From: Nitrospirota bacterium
Lineage (GTDB): Bacteria; JACPQY01
Direction: 5' to 3'
Length of the DNA stretch: 36,697 nt
Assembly: GCA_016180645.1 (NCBI GenBank)
Contig: JACPAV010000038.1
Coordinates: 1 to 36,697 of the forward strand
Below the pieces are notes generated by a model that saw only the letters and a program-made list of their open reading frames with translations, made no database searches and had not been told where the DNA came from. Within the stretch, counting starts at the first letter, position 1. Every line of letters begins with the position of its first letter. Positions 1-7,266 of the stretch are shown here, piece by piece. A program made the position numbers and the translations under genes.

Positions 1-240
1 CCCCAGGAAGGCGGGGGACCAAGAAATCAAGAACTTGACAAAGAATTCCTATAGCTTAACTTTGGCTGAAATCTGTCCAAACGATGGGGGTAAGCTCCGG
101 CCTTTGAAGATGTCTTCAAATACAAACAGCGTACGCACAAGCGAGCGGACCAAGTCGCAAAACTTCATACCATCCAAAGTACCTTTGAGGGAGACAAAGA
201 CGTCAAGTTCGACCAAGAGAACAGCCCGACGGGCAAGGCG
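1..240 (+). pseudogene. cas12b: Upstream part of the cas12b reading frame, interrupted by a 42-nt block containing three stops (52-93)
   Basis: Frame 1 reads PQEGGGPRNQELDKEFL[*LNFG*NLSKRWG*]APAFEDVFKYKQRTHKRADQVAKLHTIQSTFE... and runs in frame into ATG 241. Without 52-93 it aligns gap-free to the recalled AacCas12b segment WDRDMFQQAIERMMSWESWNQRVGQEYAKLVEQKNRFE. Confidence 0.65.
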
Positions 241-3200
241 ATGACAATCCACGGCATGAAGAACGACCCGCGATGGAAAGGTGATACGCAGACCGGCAGG
301 AAGGGAATCACCGATCTCTTGGAAGAGTTGCGCACAGCCAAGGAACTTGATGACTACGGCCTGCGCAGCGGAACGATTGGCGGCTGGGCCGATTTGAGGA
401 AGGTGTTCCTCAGACTGGAAAAGAAAGCAAAGGATGGAAATCGAGCCCTCACGCGAGATGAATTGGAGAACGCCGTCGAAGATGAGAAGCGAGACAATCG
501 CCAAGGTTTCGGGAGCGACGATTTCTTCAAGAAACTCTGCGAACCTCAATATCATCACCTTTGGTCGGCATCAGCGGAGCGCAACGGCATCCGCGACTTC
601 ATTCCCCATTTCGTTGACTACCATGAGTGGATGGAGGATCTGGGCGATCTGGAAATTCGAGATGAGAACGGCAACGTGACCGTCAAGCCGATCAGCTACA
701 CGTTTCCGGGCACGCAGAATCGGCATAAGAAAACGAGCTACCGGCACTTCAATTTCAAAGAGAAGCTCAACCGACAAATGAAGCTGTCTCTTTTCCGAAA
801 GCACACAGGGAACGGGAGCGTCCGCTATGAGTTGCTCAATGATGTTCCGGTCACGCTTTCCGCGCGGCGGCTGAAAAGGGACAAAGTCATGACAGCCGAT
901 GGCACAAGCATGAATGCAGTGTGGTGTCCGCCGCTCGTGCTGGAGGACGAAAAGCCACGCGCTGGAAAGAAGAAAAGCGGCAGATGGCAACCCGGTGATT
1001 TGCCAGTAAGCTTTTTGCTGATGGTCGAAGACGAGCGCAACGGCGAACCGCAACCAATCCACCTGAAAGTCGCCGTTCCCATCGAATGGGGTGAGCAGAA
1101 GAAGCTTCAAAAGGGAACGATCCGCTGGGAAGCTGGTTCATTGCGCGGTTATGCCAAGAAAGACGAACCTGATGCCGATAAACGGCGTCATTTCAAATGG
1201 CCGGTGGACCTGCAAGAGCAGCCCAGCACCAAAGTATCCACATCCGCCAACGACGAGGAAGGGATCACTGCAACGAGGCTGTGGTGCGGCGATGGAAAAA
1301 AGCCGCTCAACGGCTTCCGTGTGAGAACGGAAGAGGGGAGGACTGCCTCAGAGCTTCACATTCTATCCGTGGATTTGGGCATGCGCTTTTCGTCCGCGTT
1401 TGCGCGCCTGCGCGTTCACTGCGACCCCAACGGCGAAGGACGGGTCATTTCGCCCGATGGTTTTGCCACCCCGATTCGTGCCCACGTCTATCGCAAGGGC
1501 ACGCTGCGGTTACAGGGCGAGAACGCCAAGGTCTGGGATCACAAGCGAGATAGCCAGGGCCATTGCGTGAAGGACATAGAGGGCAACCATGTGTATGAGT
1601 TCCAGACGGAAACCTACGGCAATGACGGGCGCGGACGGTTTCCTAAGCTGGAGGAGATTGGGGCGTTCAGAATGCTGGCCTACCGGATCGTGCCGGAGAA
1701 TGCTTTCCCGATTATTGGCGCAGAGAAGATGACGTACCCGGAAATGGGCGACCATCTCATCATGCGGTTGCGCCGGCGCATCAGCCGGATTCGCTCGTTG
1801 TTCAGTCTGCGCTGGCACGTGAGCGGCACGATGGAACGCGACAACTCAACCGGTGTGTACGACAAGCCGCGCATAGAAGCCGACAAGAAGGAGCATTACC
1901 GGGTGGCCGCGGAGACGCTGGGCAAACTCGCGTTCCCGAAGAAACCATGGCCCGAAGGTGAGGAAGAACATCCCGAAAATGCGAAACTGCGTACTGCTTT
2001 GAATAGCGACAAGCAGGCTTGGGATGCCATCAAAGACGACCTTGAGCCTTGCAAGGAACAAGCCGACGAAAAGCTGCGGTGTCAGCGGCTGGACGCGGCC
2101 ATCAGGGGCTGGAATTGGAACGCTCTGGCCGATGAACTCAACCAGCAATTGAATGAGTACTTCAACGGCAAGGATGCAACATCTGCGTTGCTCGTTGGCG
2201 TCGTTGAGCACTGCTTGCCACTGCGAAAGCGCCATTGGCGCTGGGACGGAAGCAAGCACCGACTCTCAATGGAGCACGGAGAGACTGATCCGCAGCACCT
2301 TCCGCTCGTCCAAGGAATGCGCGGGCTGTCCATGCGGCGATTGGAGCAGGTGTTGAACTTGCGGCAGCGTTGTCAGAGCTTCGCCAAGATGGAGAAACGG
2401 TTCGCCGATGGCGACAAGGGGATCAATCCTCCACCGCCCATGAAGCGGGGCGAAGGCGATGACCCTTGCGAGGACTTGCTGGACAAGAGCAATGAACTCC
2501 GTGACCAGCGCGTAAACCAAACTGCGCACATGATCCTAGCGGAAGCTCTGGGCCTCGAACTGAAAAGTCCCGCTGAAGTAGCCGACAAGAAAGGCCGGAA
2601 GAACACAGTGGATTTGCACGGCGAATATAAGCGGATCACTTACCCGAAAACAGCAAGGCAGATGCCACGCTGTTCCATCATTGTGCTGGAGGATTTGACC
2701 CGGTATCGCACGAGCCAAGACCGGACGCGCAGCGAGAACTCGCGCCTTATGCAGTGGGCACACCGTGCCGTTGTGAAAAAGCTGGCTGACATCGCGAAGC
2801 CGTTTGGCATCACGATCATGCTGGTTGATCCAGCCTTCTCGTCACGGTTTTGCTCGCGGACAGGCTTGCCGGGCATTCGTGTGAACTCCGCGTCGCGTGG
2901 TTTTCACGAGAAGATGCCAAACGCGGCGTGGCTCATGCAGAAGAACATGGACGGCGAGCCGTCCGATCTCGCTAGGAAAGTCACGGCCCTGAAAACATTG
3001 TTTGAGCAGCACCCGAACTACAACGGGCAACTTCTCATCGCGGCGGACGGCGGAAAGGAGTTCCTGCCTGTGCCCGGCACTGCGGCGGAACGGAACACTG
3101 ACAGCGGATTGATGAACGCAGATGAAAACGCTGCCATCAATATCGGCCTGCGTGCCTTGGCGCATCCCAACCGATGGGATATTTTCCCGCGCCTTCGCAC

Positions 3201-3588
3201 GGTGGAAATCTCGGAAGAATCAGTACGCATCCGTAACCGACGCGGCTCGTTTGCCAAGTTGGCCGACGATGACCCAGAAAAATTGCTTGGGAAGGCCGAC
3301 ACATCATCGGCAACTGCTGGGAATGGTTCACGCGGAAATAAGGAAGGCGACGAGGAGCAGAACACGGAATCCTCGCAATATCCTGACTTCTTCCTCAACG
3401 CCTGCAATTTTCCCGGGATGCCGAAGAACGAGAGCTACACACCGCATCCCAACGCCGGGCTGTCGTTCAAGGCGTATCGTCGCGGACTGTTCTTGAAACG
3501 AGTCCAACAGCTTTGTGATGAACGCATCGAAGCCATCAACTCCAAGCGCCTTGAAGATTGGCGCAACAAGAAAGACATCCCGTGGTAG
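241..3588 (+). CDS. cas12b: Type V-B CRISPR effector Cas12b (C2c1), large variant. The true N-terminus lies upstream of the window, so ATG 241 is probably internal.
   Basis: RuvC-I LSVDLGMR (Asp codon 1372-1374), RuvC-II IIVLEDL (Glu 2689-2691), RuvC-III NADENAAINIG (Asp 3121-3123). FGSDDFFKKLCEPQYHHLW resembles the recalled AacCas12b REC motif FGSHDLFAKLAEPEYQALW. GLSMRRL and LRDQRVNQTAHMILAEALG are Cas12b-like. A cas4-cas1 fusion, cas2 and an array are adjacent. Confidence 0.92.
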   Translation: MTIHGMKNDPRWKGDTQTGRKGITDLLEELRTAKELDDYGLRSGTIGGWADLRKVFLRLEKKAKDGNRALTRDELENAVEDEKRDNRQGFGSDDFFKKLCEPQYHHLWSASAERNGIRDFIPHFVDYHEWMEDLGDLEIRDENGNVTVKPISYTFPGTQNRHKKTSYRHFNFKEKLNRQMKLSLFRKHTGNGSVRYELLNDVPVTLSARRLKRDKVMTADGTSMNAVWCPPLVLEDEKPRAGKKKSGRWQPGDLPVSFLLMVEDERNGEPQPIHLKVAVPIEWGEQKKLQKGTIRWEAGSLRGYAKKDEPDADKRRHFKWPVDLQEQPSTKVSTSANDEEGITATRLWCGDGKKPLNGFRVRTEEGRTASELHILSVDLGMRFSSAFARLRVHCDPNGEGRVISPDGFATPIRAHVYRKGTLRLQGENAKVWDHKRDSQGHCVKDIEGNHVYEFQTETYGNDGRGRFPKLEEIGAFRMLAYRIVPENAFPIIGAEKMTYPEMGDHLIMRLRRRISRIRSLFSLRWHVSGTMERDNSTGVYDKPRIEADKKEHYRVAAETLGKLAFPKKPWPEGEEEHPENAKLRTALNSDKQAWDAIKDDLEPCKEQADEKLRCQRLDAAIRGWNWNALADELNQQLNEYFNGKDATSALLVGVVEHCLPLRKRHWRWDGSKHRLSMEHGETDPQHLPLVQGMRGLSMRRLEQVLNLRQRCQSFAKMEKRFADGDKGINPPPPMKRGEGDDPCEDLLDKSNELRDQRVNQTAHMILAEALGLELKSPAEVADKKGRKNTVDLHGEYKRITYPKTARQMPRCSIIVLEDLTRYRTSQDRTRSENSRLMQWAHRAVVKKLADIAKPFGITIMLVDPAFSSRFCSRTGLPGIRVNSASRGFHEKMPNAAWLMQKNMDGEPSDLARKVTALKTLFEQHPNYNGQLLIAADGGKEFLPVPGTAAERNTDSGLMNADENAAINIGLRALAHPNRWDIFPRLRTVEISEESVRIRNRRGSFAKLADDDPEKLLGKADTSSATAGNGSRGNKEGDEEQNTESSQYPDFFLNACNFPGMPKNESYTPHPNAGLSFKAYRRGLFLKRVQQLCDERIEAINSKRLEDWRNKKDIPW

Positions 3589-3772
3589 GTCGGTGGGGCA
3601 TTCCGGGCTCGGGCCGCCGGCCATCGCGCCCTTAGTACCATGTTGCGTAATGATTGGAACAGGTTGGGGGTAGGGTGGCCCTCGGCAACATGGTACATAC
3701 GCCCCGCCTTTGTTCGGATTGGCGACTGGAGAGCGGGGCTAGCGCACCGCGACCAAGCTCGGATCTGTTCCA
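3588..3772. ncRNA. Structured intergenic element containing a second anti-repeat (equivalently a degenerate CRISPR repeat on the minus strand, 3704-3739)
   Basis: Perfect 12-bp inverted repeat GTACCATGTTGC (3635-3646)/GCAACATGGTAC (3685-3696). Hairpins at 3588-3622 and 3701-3739. The minus strand of 3704-3739 is GCCCCGCTCTCCAGTCGCCAATCCGAACAAAGGCGG (36 nt), similar to the array repeat. Confidence 0.4.
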
Positions 3773-3791
3773 TGAATTCGTCAACGCGGTA

Positions 3792-4057
3792 CTAGAGTGA
3801 ATTTATGAGCTGCTGGTACTCGTCATGATTGCCGATCCAAAACCAGGTGTATCCACCGGGCACGGGGGCTGCTAACGCGCGGTGGGTGATGCCGACGCGT
3901 GCCCCGACCAAACATGGAGACCGACCTTCTTGAAATGAAGGCTCGGGTGATGCTGGTTGCTCTTCAACAGACGGTAGTTCTTGATCGCGAGACGTTGAAC
4001 CCGCCGCGGCAATTTTCGATAGGCTTCCCAAAATTCCGGGCCGGCATGGCTGATCAA
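3792..4057 (-). pseudogene. RelE/ParE-like type II toxin, frameshifted
   Basis: The N-half (FWEAYRKLP...HPSLHFKKVG..VWS, ORF 3872-4057) and C-half (ARVGITHRAL...WFWIGNHDEY, ending 3792) are in different frames. The shift is at the G4 run 3902-3905. Confidence 0.8.
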
Positions 4058-4272
4058 GGAAGCGGGCGAGTACGCCCCGCGCGGAAATCCTCAATGGCTT
4101 TCTTGGCCAATCTCTCCAGCGGGCCTCCGGACCTCGCGTCCTTCTCGATTTGGCTGTCCCAAAGCCGGGCCTCGTACTCCTCGAGCCACCTGGCCATGTG
4201 CCGCACCTTGTCGGGCGACAGCCGGGCGATTTCCTTTTGGATACGCGCGATATCGCTTCCACCCTTGCTCAT
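4054..4272 (-). CDS. Putative antitoxin (72 aa) of the RelE/ParE-like toxin
   Basis: Small ORF overlapping the toxin start by 4 nt. The WDSQIEKDA..G.LERLAKKAIEDFRAGRT motif is typical of antitoxins paired with this toxin family. Confidence 0.75.
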   Translation of the reverse strand: MSKGGSDIARIQKEIARLSPDKVRHMARWLEEYEARLWDSQIEKDARSGGPLERLAKKAIEDFRAGRTRPLP

Positions 4273-4278
4273 GGCTCC

Positions 4279-4307
4279 ATTTTACGAACCGCGACTGCCC
4301 TTATCAA
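4279..4307 (-). promoter_or_regulatory. Sigma70 promoter of the TA pair; likely leaderless mRNA
   Basis: Minus strand TTGATA-17 nt-TAAAAT, followed by 6 nt and then the ATG at 4272. Confidence 0.7.
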
Positions 4308-4374
4308 GCACGGGCTTGACATCGTGAATCCCTTCATGGATACCCCGCCGTCTCTACCCCTCTCGCCCCGCCCC

Positions 4375-4422
4375 GCTTGGTCGTGGGCCTTGCATGGCTT
4401 CGCGCAAGGCCCACGACCAGGC
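4375..4422. repeat. Long perfect inverted repeat (hairpin) upstream of cas4-cas1
   Basis: TGGTCGTGGGCCTTGC (4378-4393)/GCAAGGCCCACGACCA (4404-4419), 16 bp perfect with a 10-nt loop. Confidence 0.8.
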
Positions 4423-4505
4423 AGTCGCGGGACGGCCAAGCCATCCTGGCGCCGCCCCGGCTTCCGGATTCCCGCCGGGAGCGGACAGAGCCATCCGCCC
4501 TTGTC

Positions 4506-6203
4506 ATGAGCGACGCCCCCGTTCAAACCCAAGCCGGACTTGAAGCGCAACCGCCGATGCCGGTGCGGCGGCTCCACAACTTCCTCTACTGCCCGCGCCT
4601 CTTCTACTACCAGTGGGTCGAAAATATCTTTCAGGAAAACGCGGATACGGTGGAAGGATCGCACGCGCATCGGAACGTGGACCGGCCCTCCCGCATCGAA
4701 GACCCGACGAAGCTCGATCTGCCGGAAGGGACGCAGATTCGTTCTCTTCGGCTTGCGAGTGAGAAGCTGGGACTCGTCGGTGTGGTCGATCTCATCGAAG
4801 GCGGTCCCGAAGGGGCCGTGTTGATCGATTACAAGAAAGGCTCGGCCCGTCGGGACGAAGCCGGAGAGCGCGTGGCGAAAGAGCCGGATGCGATGCAGCT
4901 CGTGGCTCAGTCTATGCTCTTGCGCGAACACGCCATCAGCGTCAAGGAGGCGTTCGTCTACTATGCCGCCGACAAGCGGAGGGTGCCTGTAGACGTATCA
5001 GAGGAACGGACCCGTGAATGCCTCGAAAAACTCGATCAGGCCAAAGCCCTCGCCGCCGAAGGCCGCTGCCCACCGCCGCTCCAGGATGATCCACGGTGCC
5101 TCTATTGCTCGGCCTATCCGATCTGTCTCCCCAATGAATCCGAGTTCTGGCGCGAACCGAAAGGTGAACCGATTACCGTCAAGCGGCCTCCGAGGCCGGA
5201 GGACGACGACGGCGAAATCCTCATCGTCCAGAGGCCCGGCGCCCAAATTGGCTTCAGGGGAGGGCAGATCGTGGTGGTCCTCAAAGGCGATACGATACGA
5301 GCGTTGCCATCCATGCAGGTGCGCGCAGTCTACGTCTACGGCGCGGTGCAAATTACAACGCAAGCGACTCATGCTTTCTTGGAACAAGGGGTCTCGGTGT
5401 CCTATTTTTCACCGTCCGGGCGTTTCCTCGGCATGCTGAACGGACTCCCCGCCTCCGGCGTGGACACGCGACGCGGTCAGTACCGTCTGTTCGATCAACC
5501 CACCACCTGCCTCGCGGTCGCGAAGGAGATGATTCGAGCCAAAATCCACAATCAACGCGTGATGCTCATGCGCAACGGCGAGCCTCCGGAGAAAGCGGTC
5601 TCGGAAATGATGCAGCTTCGGGATCAAACCTCGGAAGCGCATACCATGACCGAACTGCTTGGCCTGGAAGGGATGGCGGCGGCGCTCTACTTCGGGAACT
5701 TCGCTGGGATGCTGAAATCTTCCGACGGCGCCGGAGTCGATTTCTCATCGCGGAACCGTCGCCCTCCACGCGACCCCGTGAACGCGCTTCTTTCGATGGG
5801 ATACAGCGTCCTTTGCAAGGAGCTGGCGGGAATTTGCCACAGCGTGGGGCTCGATCCCTTCCTGGGGGTGATGCACCAGCCTCGTTACGGTCGGCCCGCC
5901 CTCGCGCTCGATCTCATGGAAGAGTTCCGGCCCCTGATCGTGGATAGCGTGGCGGTCAGCCTGATCAATCGCGGGGAAATCGCGAAGGATGACTTCATTT
6001 CCGGTTCATCCGGGGTGTTCATGAACGAAGACGGGCGCAAGGCTTTCTGGGAGGCGTATGGTCGGCGGATGGACACGGAAGTTTCCCATCCGCAGTTTGG
6101 CTACAGCATGCCGTACCGGCGTATGTTGGAGGTTCAGGCGAGACAGGTATGGCGGTTTGTTCGCGGAGAGGCATCCGGATATGTCGGATTCACGACCCGG
6201 TGA
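4506..6203 (+). CDS. cas1: Cas4-Cas1 fusion protein
   Basis: Cas4 part: YCPR, GVVD, IDYKKG, QLVAQ, C..CSAYPICLP. Cas1 part: LGLEG, RNRRPPRDPVNALLS.GY, LDPFLG..H, LALDLMEEFRP..VD. The likely start is ATG 4506; the ORF is open from 4377. Confidence 0.95.
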   Translation: MSDAPVQTQAGLEAQPPMPVRRLHNFLYCPRLFYYQWVENIFQENADTVEGSHAHRNVDRPSRIEDPTKLDLPEGTQIRSLRLASEKLGLVGVVDLIEGGPEGAVLIDYKKGSARRDEAGERVAKEPDAMQLVAQSMLLREHAISVKEAFVYYAADKRRVPVDVSEERTRECLEKLDQAKALAAEGRCPPPLQDDPRCLYCSAYPICLPNESEFWREPKGEPITVKRPPRPEDDDGEILIVQRPGAQIGFRGGQIVVVLKGDTIRALPSMQVRAVYVYGAVQITTQATHAFLEQGVSVSYFSPSGRFLGMLNGLPASGVDTRRGQYRLFDQPTTCLAVAKEMIRAKIHNQRVMLMRNGEPPEKAVSEMMQLRDQTSEAHTMTELLGLEGMAAALYFGNFAGMLKSSDGAGVDFSSRNRRPPRDPVNALLSMGYSVLCKELAGICHSVGLDPFLGVMHQPRYGRPALALDLMEEFRPLIVDSVAVSLINRGEIAKDDFISGSSGVFMNEDGRKAFWEAYGRRMDTEVSHPQFGYSMPYRRMLEVQARQVWRFVRGEASGYVGFTTR

Positions 6204-6206
6204 CCG

Positions 6207-6497
6207 ATGAAACGAACACGATTTCTGGTTTGCTATGACATTTCCAACCCCAAACGTTTGCGCCGTGTGGCCAAAGTTCTTGAAGGCTACGGTCGTCGGC
6301 TTCAGTTCTCGGTGTTCGAATGTCCGCTGGGCAGTCTGCGTTTTTCCAAGTTGAAGTCCGATCTACAAGGCGTGCTGAATCACGACCAGGACCAAGTGAT
6401 GTTCGTATCGCTGGGTGGGGCCGAGGCAGATGCCGGTCTTGTGATCGAAACGATGGGCCAGCCTTATGTGGCTCACACCCGGATAACCGTGGTCTGA
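6207..6497 (+). CDS. cas2: CRISPR-associated endoribonuclease Cas2
   Basis: LVCYDISNPKRLRRVAKVLEGYGRRLQFSVFEC motif, 96 aa, directly after cas1. Confidence 0.96.
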   Translation: MKRTRFLVCYDISNPKRLRRVAKVLEGYGRRLQFSVFECPLGSLRFSKLKSDLQGVLNHDQDQVMFVSLGGAEADAGLVIETMGQPYVAHTRITVV

Positions 6498-6526
6498 TTG
6501 ACTCATCATGAAGGTGTTGATATCTT
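6498..6526 (+). promoter_or_regulatory. Sigma70 promoter for the tracrRNA
   Basis: TTGACT (6498-6503)-17 nt-TATCTT (6521-6526). Confidence 0.65.
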
Positions 6527-6531
6527 TCATA

Positions 6532-6600
6532 TTGGCTAAGGCCAACGACCACAACCCTTCCGCCATTGGGGTTGCAGGCTCTTTGAAATCGCGAGTGCGG
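6532..6600 (+). ncRNA. Cas12b tracrRNA candidate (ends approximate)
   Basis: 5' hairpin TTGGC-TAAG-GCCAA (6532-6545). Stem CAACCC/GGGTTG has loop CCGCC (6560-6564), complementary to the repeat 3' end GGCGG. Anti-repeat CAGGCTCTTTGAAATCGC (6575-6592) pairs at 17 of 18 positions (two G-U) with repeat GCGATTTCGAACAGCTTG. The position between cas2 and the array is canonical. Confidence 0.8.
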
Positions 6601-6767
6601 AATTGATCGGCAATCAGCCTTGAGACGCTCGAAACACATATCTGGTTGAGAACGCATGATTATTCGAGTTCTGCTGTGGTGACTCGAAGCGGGAAGATCG
6701 GGCGATTCGAGAATGCTCGCAACCCGGTGCCGATCCTGCTGTCTTGCGGGCCGTTTCGAGACGCGCA
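6601..6767 (+). promoter_or_regulatory. CRISPR leader region
   Basis: Non-coding segment between the tracrRNA and the first repeat. Contains the inverted repeat TTCGAGT/ACTCGAA within 6663-6688. Confidence 0.5.
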
Positions 6768-6927
6768 GCCGACTCACCAGCGATTTCGAACAGCTTGAGG
6801 CGGAGGACGAAGGGAAAAACGCATACCCACCCCAGGGGCCGACTCACCAGCGATTTCGAACAGCTTGAGGCGGCTTTCGCTTTCGCAATCGCGGCGCGGG
6901 CGGCGGGCCGACTCACCAGCGATTTCG
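6768..6927 (+). CRISPR. CRISPR array: 2 full 36-nt repeats, 1 truncated repeat, 2 spacers
   Basis: Repeat GCCGACTCACCAGCGATTTCGAACAGCTTGAGGCGG at 6768-6803 and 6838-6873, with only the first 21 nt at 6907-6927. Spacers are 6804-6837 (34 nt) and 6874-6906 (33 nt). Confidence 0.93.
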
Positions 6928-7000
6928 GGAAATCTGGGGACAGGATACTCATTTCCGACTCGTTCACCTGAAGAATTGGTACACTGTCCCCAGATTTCCC
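6927..7000. repeat. REP/MITE-like palindromic element, copy 1
   Basis: Perfect 17-bp inverted repeat GGGAAATCTGGGGACAG (6927-6943)/CTGTCCCCAGATTTCCC (6984-7000). Confidence 0.85.
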
Positions 7001-7005
7001 ACGGG

Positions 7006-7042
7006 TTGACGGTTGATAACACATTGTAATAGAATGTTATCA
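7006..7042 (+). promoter_or_regulatory. TA promoter with palindromic operator; likely leaderless mRNA
   Basis: TTGACG (7006-7011)-18 nt-TAGAAT (7030-7035), with ATG at 7042. Inverted repeat TGATAACA (7014-7021)/TGTTATCA (7035-7042). Confidence 0.65.
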
Positions 7043-7266
7043 TGATTCGAACACAGGTCAGTTTGGGGAGGGGCGACTACGAGGCGGCCAAGACAGAGGC
7101 CAGGCGGCTGGGTATCCCCTTCGCGGAGCTGGTCCGGCGGGCCCTGCGAGGCATCTTGCCGGTCCGGTCGAAAAAGCCGTGGATGAAATATGCCGGCATG
7201 GTGAGATCCGGAGACGCCGCCTCAAGCCGGACAATCGACGAAGTGGTCTACGGCCATGAGCGATGA
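7042..7266 (+). CDS. RHH/CopG-like antitoxin (VapB-like)
   Basis: MIRTQVSL...A...ARRLGI.FAELVRRAL ribbon-helix-helix pattern; overlaps the PIN gene. Confidence 0.8.
   Translation: MIRTQVSLGRGDYEAAKTEARRLGIPFAELVRRALRGILPVRSKKPWMKYAGMVRSGDAASSRTIDEVVYGHER

Noticed and set aside
49-96. T4 gene 60-like translational bypass of the 42-nt block
   Set aside because: A take-off codon followed by UAG and a hairpin is present, but there is no matching CUA landing codon in frame (91-93 is TAA).
35-244. 69-aa ORF upstream of cas12b as a separate accessory gene
   Set aside because: It is an alternate frame over sequence whose frame 1 aligns to Cas12b, and it has no recognisable motif.
4377-4505. 43-aa N-terminal extension of Cas4-Cas1
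   Set aside because: It overlaps the long hairpin and is not Cas4-like; ATG 4506 is the more plausible start.
6927-7000. Canonical integron attC site
   Set aside because: It lacks RYYYAAC/GTTRRRY ends and no intI is present; kept only as a REP/MITE-like element.
6614-7043. ORFs across the array region (6614-7024, 6744-6971, 6774-7043)
   Set aside because: These are translations of CRISPR repeats and the palindromic element.
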